Below, in pieces: positions 56,993 to 64,000 of a stretch of DNA of 64,000 nt (positions are counted from its first letter, which is position 1; every line of letters begins with the position of its first letter). The stretch is from positions 33,990-97,989 of the forward strand of contig JBLKOP010000004.1 of assembly GCA_047602905.1 (NCBI GenBank), given 5' to 3'. Made by a program: the position numbers and the translations under genes. The notes beneath the pieces were generated by a model that saw only the letters and a list, made by a program, of their open reading frames with translations, ran no database searches and had not been told where the DNA came from. The stretch is from Candidatus Woesearchaeota archaeon (GTDB lineage Archaea > Nanobdellota > Nanobdellia > Woesearchaeales > SKIA01).

Positions 56993-57993
56993 TAGTGTAT
57001 CGGTACTGCTTGTAGGAGTTCTTGTATTACCATGTCGCTGGTTATTTGTTCTGCTTGTCCTTCGTAGTTGAGTATGAGTCTGTGTCGTAAAACGTTTTTT
57101 GCTACTGCTTTTAGGTCGTGTGGAGTTACGTATCCTCTTCCGTGTACGAGTGCTCGTGCTTTGCTTGCGATAAACATGCTTATGGTACTTCTTGGGCTTG
57201 CTCCGTACGCTACGTATCTTCCTTTTTCTACTCCGTATTTTTGTGGGTTTCTTGTTGCGTCTACTATTCGTACGATGTAGTCTTCTAGTTCTTTACTTAA
57301 GTGGATGTAGTTTACTTCTTTTTGTGCTTGTAGGATATCTTCTTGGCTGAATACTGCTTGTAGGTTGAAGTCTTCGAATTTGTGTAGTGTCATGTTTGTG
57401 TGCATGATTTGTATTTCTTCTTTTAGTGTTGGGTATCCCATGATTATTTTGTATAGGAATCGGTCTACTTGTGCTTCTGGTAGAGGGTATGTTCCGAGGT
57501 TTTCTACGGGGTTTTGTGTTGCCATAACAAAGAAGGGTACTGGTAGGGGAAAGGTTTGGTTTCCTATCGTTACTTGTCGTTCTTGCATCGCTTCTAGTAG
57601 TGCGCTTTGTACTTTTGGTGGTGCTCTGTTTATCTCATCAGCGAGTACGAAGTTCGCAAAGACAGGTCCTTTTACTGTGTAGAAACCTCTTCCTTCTTCA
57701 TACGTAGTTATTCCTACGATGTCTGTTGGTAGGAGGTCTGGGGTAAATTGTATTCTTTTAAATTCGCAGCCGGTTACTCGTGCTAGGCTTCGTATAGTTA
57801 GGGTTTTTGCTACTCCGGGTATTCCTTCTACGAGTACGTGTCCGTTTGCTATGAGTGCTTCTAGTAGGCTGGTTACTATCTCGTCTTGTCCGATAACGAT
57901 TTTTTTTAGTTCTTCACGTAGTTTTGTGAATCGTTCTTGGTAGTATTGTATTCGTTTCTCTGACAGGCTTGTTTGTGTTACTTGCTCACCCAT
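56992..57993 (-). CDS. MoxR-family AAA+ ATPase
   Basis: HVLVEGIPGVAKTLTIRSLA Walker A, FVLADEINRAPPKVQSALLEAMQE Walker B/sensor. Typical MoxR length. Confidence 0.85.
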   Translation of the reverse strand: MGEQVTQTSLSEKRIQYYQERFTKLREELKKIVIGQDEIVTSLLEALIANGHVLVEGIPGVAKTLTIRSLARVTGCEFKRIQFTPDLLPTDIVGITTYEEGRGFYTVKGPVFANFVLADEINRAPPKVQSALLEAMQERQVTIGNQTFPLPVPFFVMATQNPVENLGTYPLPEAQVDRFLYKIIMGYPTLKEEIQIMHTNMTLHKFEDFNLQAVFSQEDILQAQKEVNYIHLSKELEDYIVRIVDATRNPQKYGVEKGRYVAYGASPRSTISMFIASKARALVHGRGYVTPHDLKAVAKNVLRHRLILNYEGQAEQITSDMVIQELLQAVPIH

Positions 57994-58095
57994 TATCTTT
58001 TTTTGTGGGCGCGCAGTTTTAAGTATTGGTGTTCACTCGTCAGTGAGTGCTTTCTAAGAGGAGAGCTTATAAAGGTGTAGTTCTGCTTGTAGTGT

Positions 58096-58647
58096 ATGAA
58101 GGATGGTGAGTCTCGCTCTCATGAGGAGCACAAGAAGCGCGTTTCTTTGTTGCGCGAGGACATGCATAAGAAGCTTGCGTACTACGCGCAAAAACCTGTT
58201 CTTACTCCTGAACAACTCTATGGTTTAGTTAAGGAGTTCTTTTTGTCTTTGCTTGAGAAAGAGTATGAACCTACGTATGAAGAGTTGGTTCAGGAGCTTC
58301 ACGAGCTTGATCATGAGTTCTTGTTTTTTACTAAGCAGCAGCGCGAAGATGTCGCTCGTATTCTTGAGAAGCTTTCTCGTATGCATTATAGTAATGAAGA
58401 AATGACTTCTGAGCAATCCTCAGAGGTTCTTAAAGAATTAGGAGTGGTTATTAGTGATTTAACTACTCATACGCAAGGCGGTGTTGATCGCGTATTGCAG
58501 CAGGGTTTGCGTGCTGCTGCAAAAAAAGATTTTTCTCAGGCTAAACAATTGTATCTTGAAGCTCATCGGTTAATAAATAAGATGGGTGATGAGCAAAAAA
58601 AGCAGTATCATCCTGAGCTTTCTGAATTATACCAGCTTATTTCTTAA
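58096..58647 (+). CDS. Hypothetical coiled-coil protein
   Basis: 183-aa ORF. Charged helical composition. Confidence 0.35.
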   Translation: MKDGESRSHEEHKKRVSLLREDMHKKLAYYAQKPVLTPEQLYGLVKEFFLSLLEKEYEPTYEELVQELHELDHEFLFFTKQQREDVARILEKLSRMHYSNEEMTSEQSSEVLKELGVVISDLTTHTQGGVDRVLQQGLRAAAKKDFSQAKQLYLEAHRLINKMGDEQKKQYHPELSELYQLIS

Positions 58648-61600
58648 TTGTTTTTGCTGCGCTATAATAGTGTTGTAGTAGTGTTGCTATGATGATAAGA
58701 ACCGTTACTATTGCGAGTATGAGCGCGTAGTTTGCGTATTGTGCTCTAAAGAGTTCTTGTATGCTAAAGCGCCCTGGTGTTTCTACTCGTCGGTTGCTTT
58801 CACTAATTAAGAATCTGCATCCATCAAGTGCGCTTTGTACGAGGTCGTTTGCTGTTTGGTATTGGCTTGTTCGAATAGCGTTTTGTGCTTGTTGGAGTAG
58901 TTCGTTAAGTTCTAAGCATTCTTGGTTGTTGGTAAGCAAGTCTCTTGCAAACGTTATTTTTGTGAGTACCGCTGCTCCTTCACTTGTTTGCTCTAAGCTG
59001 TTAATGAAAAGTACTGCTGAATCGTTTACGCTTGGGTTTTGCGCTTCTGCTATCACGAGTACTTCGTATGTTCCATCAAGGCGAAAGTTCTCTATGTATA
59101 GCGTTACGTTTCTTGAGTCCCCTGATTCTAGGCGCGGTATTTGTGATTCACTAAAACGCAGGTTAGCGTTTTCTGCTTCTGTTCTCGCTGTTAAGGTGAT
59201 GGTTTGTAGTTCTCGCGTTCCTGTGTTTTGTACAGTAATTGGTGCTTGTATTGTTTGGTTGTACAAGATACTGAGTGGTTCTGGCACGAGTAAAGTAATT
59301 GCTTCTGGTTCTGGGTCGCTGCGTATAGGTATGGGTATAGCTACTGCTCCTCCACCACCTCCTCCACCGCCGCCAGTTCCTGAGCTGCTCTCGCTTGCTT
59401 CTTCTTCCTCTGGTGCCGTTACGGTGTACGTTACTAAGTTGCTGTTTACTGTTGCTGAGTGATCATCTACTGCGGTAAAGAACGCAGTTACTATTCCGTC
59501 TCCTAGTGGGGTGAGTACGAGGTCGTGGTTGTTAAAGGTGATGTTGAGTAGTTCTGCGTCTGAAACCGCTACGAGGTAGGTTAGGTTGCTTGTTTCGTTT
59601 CCGTCTATTGCTCCGCTGTTATCTAAGTCATCATCTGGGTCGAAGAAGACTTTCATCTGGTTAGTTACCGTTGTTATTTGCGTTACGTTTCTGTCTGGTA
59701 TTGGACTAAGCAGTACGGGTGCTAGGTTTCTGTTTACTACGCGCACGTTCCAGGTGTGGTTTGTAGTTGCGAATAGTTCGTCAGTAACGACTACTGTGTA
59801 CGTATATTCTCCTTGTGAGTGCCAATCAATGGTTTTGCTATAGGAGTATTCTTCATCTCCCGTGTTTGTCTGGAGGAGTTCTTCCTCGCTGTACCATTGT
59901 ATTGTTAAGTCACTTGCGTCGCTGTCTGGGTCTACTACGGTGAAGTTGAGGATGAGTTCTTCACTATACGGTACTTGGTGTTGCCAGAGGTTTGGGTTTG
60001 GTTCTCGCACAGAAACGTTAGTTATTGGTTGTTGGGTGCTGGTGAGTTCAAAGACGGTGTCTGTCCAGTCTACTTCTGAGAAGCTAAGGTTCGTGTACGG
60101 GTTTACTGCAGTAATGTTTGGTGGTTGGCTTTGGTTGTATACGGTGAAGTTGAGTGTTCTGTTTACGAAAAGACCTTCTTGGTCTGTTGCTGTAAACGTG
60201 ACGTTGTACTCTCCTGCTTCTGCGCTGCTTGTTGGGTTGTAGAATACGAAGAAGTACCCGTCGTTTCCGGGGCTTATCGTGCTTGGGTTGATGGTAAATA
60301 AGTTCGTGTTAGGCCCTTGTATTTCGTAAGTTAGCTCCACGCTGTCTAGTCCGTTAATGAAGTCTGGGTCTGTTATTCCTACGGGGAAGTTTCCGCTGTA
60401 CCCGACAACTATTGGTTGCGGTATTGTTAGTCCTTCGTCTGGCGTTGCGTCTCTGTTTTGATCAAAGAATGGTGCGTCGTTAACGTTGCTTACGTTCACA
60501 AACAACGTTGTTGAGTCTGTTGCTCCCCATTGGTCTGTTACGGTGATGTTGTAGGTGTAGTTTCCTACTTGGTTGTTTAGAAACGTTTTTGATGCGTTAG
60601 TTTGGTTGTAGGAGAGCCAGCTGAGGTTGAGGGATTGGTTTGTTGATAGGTTGCTTAGTGGGTTTGCTTCAATAATTGTTGCTGTAAACGTGAGGTTTTC
60701 GTTTGTGTCTGGGTCAGTTGCTGTTAGTAGCGTCCAGCAAGTGCTGTCTTGCTCACAGTACAAGTCAGTAAGTGATTGTATCGTTGGTGCGGTGTTATCA
60801 ACTATTGTTAGGCTCATTGTTCTGCTGTCACTCTCTCCTGCTGCGTCAGTTACTGTTAGGTTGATGTGGTGTTCTCCTACGTCGCTATTGGTTGGTGTGA
60901 ACGTAATAATTCCTGTTGTGCTATTAATAGAGAAGAGTGTTGTGTTGTCCGTGTAGGTGAGCGTGTCTCCTGCGTAGGTGAGTTGGTCTGGGTCAGTTGC
61001 GTGTACGTAGTACGTAAACGCTACGTTAGCTGCTGCTGTTAGATTGCTCATATTGGTTTGTTCGTACGTTCCTGGTGTTTGTGCTATCTCAAAGAGTTCT
61101 GGTGGGTCGTTGATGTTGGTGATGTTAAAGAAGACTTCTTGACTTACCGTGCTTTTGGGTTGTCCGTCTTCGTAATCAGTTACTTGCAAAGTTACTGTTC
61201 TGCACGCTACGTGGTCGTTTGTTAGGGTGAGATTAATTCTTCCTAGCGCTCCTGTTGAGCTGTTATCAATGGTTTCTATAGTCCACGGGTTTGTTAGTGA
61301 GCAGCTGCTGGTTATGCTAAAGAACAGCTCGTCTGTCGTGTCTACGTCTGTTGCTTCTACTTCAAAAAGGAATTGTTCTCCTTGTGTAGCGTTAGGAGTG
61401 AGTATTTCATCAAATACTGGTGGGTTGTTAATTGCTTCTATGGTGAGTGTGAATGTTGTTGTTGTGTTGAGTGTTGGTTCTGCTATGTCGTAAACTGCTA
61501 CGGTGATGTTGTGCTCTCCTACGTCCTCAAAGAGTGGTTGTCCTGTTGTTAGGCTTAGGCGTGCTGTTTCGTTAGTAAGCCATTCTAGCTGTACACTTGA

Positions 61601-62410
61601 TAAGTCGCTGCTAAGTAAGGTGAAGTTAAATGCGTCGTCTTCTCGGTCACTTGCGGTAATAACGTACTCCCATGTCTCACTCGTGTTGGTTGTTTGATCA
61701 GTAAGGGGAGGATCAAAGCGTGGTTCTTGATTAATAGCTTCTATAATGTACAAAACCGTTCTTCCTCCTTCAAGTTCTCCATCACTTGCTATGAGTTGTA
61801 TGTAGCGCTCTCCTCGTTGCTCATACGTTGGTGTGAACACAATGTTTCCTGAGCTTGTTATAGAGAAGAGGTCTTCGTTATCATACGCGCTTTTGTTTAA
61901 GTCTACCATAGACCACGTTATTGCATCCCCGTCTGGGTCTGTTGCGAGTGCTTGTATGTTGTACTCCACTCCTTCTGTGACTGTTTGTGTTGTTGTTGGA
62001 AACGTTACTGAGGGAGCAGCGTTTTGAATTGTTACTGCTGAGCTATTCACAAGAGTATTGTTTGTTTGGTTGTATACGTCTGCTTCGCACACCCAAGCCT
62101 CTGAGCGAGTGGTTTGGTCTTCAAGAATACTTCCTATTCCTGTTGTTTGGTTCGCTACGTTTTCTGTAAGCGAGAGTGTTTGTACGTTACTAGAGAATAA
62201 GGTGTTGTTTCTGTACCAAGAAATGTTTGCGTAAAGGTCTCCTTCTCCTTGAGCAACTACTTCGCAGCGTAGTGTTCGCTCAGTTGTTGGTTCTGCTGGC
62301 AGAACACTTACTGTTGCGCTTAGAGCGCTTGCTGCTGGGATAAGAATGAGTAGTGCTAAGAATATGTACGGTAGTGTTTGTGCGTAGTTCTTCATCGTGT
62401 GTACAGCCAC
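58637..62410 (-). CDS. Giant (1257 aa) cell-surface protein with 8 or more cadherin-like DxDxD repeats, poly-Gly linker and C-terminal TM anchor
   Basis: Signal MAVHTMKNYAQTLPYIFLALLILIPAASALSA. Repeated ATDPDGD/VEATDVDTTD/LTATDPDTNEN/VGITDPDF/FTVVDPDSD/FFDPDDD motifs. GGGGGGGGGG at about residue 1010. C-terminal TM ALILAIVTVLIIIATLL. Many NxT/S sequons. Confidence 0.65.
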   Translation of the reverse strand: MAVHTMKNYAQTLPYIFLALLILIPAASALSATVSVLPAEPTTERTLRCEVVAQGEGDLYANISWYRNNTLFSSNVQTLSLTENVANQTTGIGSILEDQTTRSEAWVCEADVYNQTNNTLVNSSAVTIQNAAPSVTFPTTTQTVTEGVEYNIQALATDPDGDAITWSMVDLNKSAYDNEDLFSITSSGNIVFTPTYEQRGERYIQLIASDGELEGGRTVLYIIEAINQEPRFDPPLTDQTTNTSETWEYVITASDREDDAFNFTLLSSDLSSVQLEWLTNETARLSLTTGQPLFEDVGEHNITVAVYDIAEPTLNTTTTFTLTIEAINNPPVFDEILTPNATQGEQFLFEVEATDVDTTDELFFSITSSCSLTNPWTIETIDNSSTGALGRINLTLTNDHVACRTVTLQVTDYEDGQPKSTVSQEVFFNITNINDPPELFEIAQTPGTYEQTNMSNLTAAANVAFTYYVHATDPDQLTYAGDTLTYTDNTTLFSINSTTGIITFTPTNSDVGEHHINLTVTDAAGESDSRTMSLTIVDNTAPTIQSLTDLYCEQDSTCWTLLTATDPDTNENLTFTATIIEANPLSNLSTNQSLNLSWLSYNQTNASKTFLNNQVGNYTYNITVTDQWGATDSTTLFVNVSNVNDAPFFDQNRDATPDEGLTIPQPIVVGYSGNFPVGITDPDFINGLDSVELTYEIQGPNTNLFTINPSTISPGNDGYFFVFYNPTSSAEAGEYNVTFTATDQEGLFVNRTLNFTVYNQSQPPNITAVNPYTNLSFSEVDWTDTVFELTSTQQPITNVSVREPNPNLWQHQVPYSEELILNFTVVDPDSDASDLTIQWYSEEELLQTNTGDEEYSYSKTIDWHSQGEYTYTVVVTDELFATTNHTWNVRVVNRNLAPVLLSPIPDRNVTQITTVTNQMKVFFDPDDDLDNSGAIDGNETSNLTYLVAVSDAELLNITFNNHDLVLTPLGDGIVTAFFTAVDDHSATVNSNLVTYTVTAPEEEEASESSSGTGGGGGGGGGAVAIPIPIRSDPEPEAITLLVPEPLSILYNQTIQAPITVQNTGTRELQTITLTARTEAENANLRFSESQIPRLESGDSRNVTLYIENFRLDGTYEVLVIAEAQNPSVNDSAVLFINSLEQTSEGAAVLTKITFARDLLTNNQECLELNELLQQAQNAIRTSQYQTANDLVQSALDGCRFLISESNRRVETPGRFSIQELFRAQYANYALILAIVTVLIIIATLLQHYYSAAKTIKK

Positions 62411-62456
62411 TCTCTTCTGTTCTTTTTGCGAGGAAATCCTTTATAAGTTTATGCTG

Positions 62457-64000
62457 CTAGCGTTTGCGCAGTAAACGCCCGTAGACGAAGCTTTCTTGCA
62501 AGAACAGCTCGAGTTGTAAGGATAAGTAGTAGCGGTTAAGAAATCCGTGCAATGAAGGGGTGTTAAGTTTCTCGTATAGTGCGTGGAGTTCTTCATACGT
62601 CTTGCTTGCAAGTAACAAGCGTTTTCTTGCGAGGAGTTGTTGTGCGTAGCTGAGTTGCTGGTAGAATCCTTGCTCACCAGCGCGTATTTCTTCATGCGCT
62701 ACAGGGAGTTCTTCTAGTTCTCGTAGCTGCGCTACACTAAGAACACTTGTTTGTGCAAGTAAGCGCTCAAACTCATCAAGAAGTGCTTGTAAGTATTCTT
62801 TACTTCGTTGCTGCTTACTAAACTCAACACTCGTTGCTTCTGCGAAGTACTCTGCAAGTATTGTTTGTAGTTCTGCACGCACTCCTCTTTCGTGAAGTGC
62901 TTGTGTGAGTTCTTCTTGGCTTGCTTCTTTATGCACTCCTACTGCTTCGTGTAGGTAGTCACGGATGAGCTCTGCATAGGTTTGTTGTGCTTGTAAGCGC
63001 TCTGAGGAAGCGATTGCTTTTTGTACGCGAGAAATTCTTGCTGCTAATTTCTTGTATTGCTCTGTTGAAAGCAAGAACACTCGATTCTTGTTCTGGTATC
63101 GTAGCAGGTATGAAGCGAGTGCTTTGGTAACGTAGTTTCTTGCGGTAAAGAGCACTGCTACTAGTGCTGTAAGAGCGGCGAATAAGCCGATAAGTAAGCG
63201 AGTAACTCCTGTTGCTATGAGCGCTGGTTCTTGCGTTTCTATGCACGGAGCGCATGGCCCTCCGCAATCAATTCCTTCTTCTCCTTGGTTTTGTATCCCA
63301 TCAAAGCACGTAGCGCAAGGAGGGCAGTCTGGTCCTCCGCAATCAACGCCTGTTTCTAGTCCGTTCATTATTCCGTCACTGCAGGAGTGGCATGGCTCAC
63401 AAAACGGTCCTCCGCAGTTATTTATTTCGTCCTCGCACGTAAAGCACGGACCGCATACTCCTCCGCAATCAACGCCTGTTTCGTCTTGGTTTTGTATCCC
63501 ATCAAAACAGCTTGGTTCGTACTCGCAAGTGCGCGCGTACACGAGTGTTCTGTCAGTGCATGCTCGTGTATCGATGCATTCTCGGTATTGGTATCCTCGA
63601 TAAAATACTTCTTCTCCTTCTTCAAGAGGTTCTTCAAGAGTGTATATCTGGCTTCCTCGTACCCCGGTGATATTAAGTGTTTTTGTGTCTCCCGTGCTGC
63701 TTACTGCTGTTGTGTATTGGCAGTGGCTCCACTCGTAGCAGTGTAGTAGTTCTACGCACGTAGAAGAAGCTGCTCCTCCTCCACCGCCGCCACCGCCGCC
63801 ACCGCTACTACTTGTTGTAGTGCTTGTATCCGTGCTTGAGGGACATTCTACGTTAAGAGTTACTTCGTTGCTTTCTGTGCTGAGTAACGCGGTGTTTGTT
63901 GCTGTGTACGTAATGATTTCTTGTCCGCAAAAATCGGTTGCTGGTCGCAGAGTAACTTCTCCTGATGAATGAATAGTTACTGCTATTTCTGTGTTGCCAG
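62457..64000 (-). CDS. Surface protein with Gly10 linker, four 25-aa Cys-rich repeats (C-x-DGI-x-N-x2-E-T-G-V-DCGG-x-C-x-PC), one TM helix and cytoplasmic coiled-coil tail; 5' end beyond window
   Basis: Track calls only 62457..63542 from a GTG. The reading frame is open upstream to the window end: ...GNTEIAVTIHSSGEVTLRP...NVECPSSTDTSTTTSSSGGGGGGGGGGAASSTCVELLHCYEW...CIDTRACTDRTLVYARTCEYEPSCFDGIQNQDETGVDCGG... Confidence 0.6.
   Translation of the reverse strand, partial: GNTEIAVTIHSSGEVTLRPATDFCGQEIITYTATNTALLSTESNEVTLNVECPSSTDTSTTTSSSGGGGGGGGGGAASSTCVELLHCYEWSHCQYTTAVSSTGDTKTLNITGVRGSQIYTLEEPLEEGEEVFYRGYQYRECIDTRACTDRTLVYARTCEYEPSCFDGIQNQDETGVDCGGVCGPCFTCEDEINNCGGPFCEPCHSCSDGIMNGLETGVDCGGPDCPPCATCFDGIQNQGEEGIDCGGPCAPCIETQEPALIATGVTRLLIGLFAALTALVAVLFTARNYVTKALASYLLRYQNKNRVFLLSTEQYKKLAARISRVQKAIASSERLQAQQTYAELIRDYLHEAVGVHKEASQEELTQALHERGVRAELQTILAEYFAEATSVEFSKQQRSKEYLQALLDEFERLLAQTSVLSVAQLRELEELPVAHEEIRAGEQGFYQQLSYAQQLLARKRLLLASKTYEELHALYEKLNTPSLHGFLNRYYLSLQLELFLQESFVYGRLLRKR

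Noticed and set aside
59331-59385. GGN-rich DNA tracts (also 63781-63804) as possible simple-sequence repeats
   Set aside because: They are in-frame poly-Gly linkers using mixed GGT/GGC/GGA codons within surface-protein genes, not slippage-prone homopolymers or non-coding repeats.
1-64000. Possible stop-codon reassignment, considered because of two in-frame TAA interruptions
   Set aside because: TAA, TAG and TGA each terminate well-conserved genes at the expected length (glgA TAA, cdc48 TAG, gatD TGA, etc.). A standard code fits.
1-64000. CRISPR arrays, rRNA genes, transposases/integrases
   Set aside because: No spaced identical short repeats, no rRNA-like conserved stretches, and no DDE/tyrosine-recombinase-like ORFs were found on reading both strands.

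Overview
The window reads as an archaeal chromosome segment with the gene content of a small-genome, uncultivated lineage. Lineage markers include gatD/gatE, an archaeal class-I CCA-adding enzyme, RpoE/Rpo7, S24e, a TFS-type zinc ribbon, archaeal signal peptidase, CDC48, a DhnA-type aldolase, and an intron-containing tRNA-Thr(UGU). Roughly two thirds is housekeeping and central metabolism. That includes a glycogen/gluconeogenesis cluster: archaeal GlgA, GH57, a eukaryote-type GT3 glycogen synthase, bacterial-type iPGM, class-I FBA and a GDE-type debranching enzyme. The rest is envelope and accessory content. It comprises several very large N-glycosylation-rich surface proteins with an N-terminal signal peptide plus a C-terminal TM anchor. 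One has at least 8 cadherin-like DxDxD repeats, and one has a novel 25-aa Cys-rich repeat. There are also two AAA+/vWA modules (MoxR-DUF58-BatA, and ChlI-like/ChlD-like vWA/metallophosphoesterase), a COG0523 GTPase next to paralogous CxxC mini-membrane proteins, a pilin-like protein, and a ComEA-like TM + AT-hook + HhH protein.

I found no CRISPR array, rRNA or recognisable transposase. Observations that the gene calls do not explain are:
- The + strand alternates between G+T-rich and A+C-rich blocks regardless of gene orientation. One switch falls inside cdc48 at the edge of a ~110-aa insertion, and a low-GC patch lies inside gatE.
- A 28-nt perfect direct repeat duplicates the 3' end of the COG0523 gene and flanks a ~1 kb AT-rich single-gene insert.
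- Two genes (surface protein 22563..19753, and HhH/tail-anchor protein 5785..7020) are interrupted by a single in-frame TAA, with clearly coding sequence continuing afterwards.
- The ChlI-like/vWA pair overlaps by 65 nt in the +1 frame, suggesting a ChlD-like fusion by frameshift.
- A TATA-centred palindrome sits between an ArsR-like regulator and the glgA operon.
- Three genes (1..1010, 19753..20334, and the upstream part of 62457..64000) were missed or truncated by the M-to-stop ORF track.
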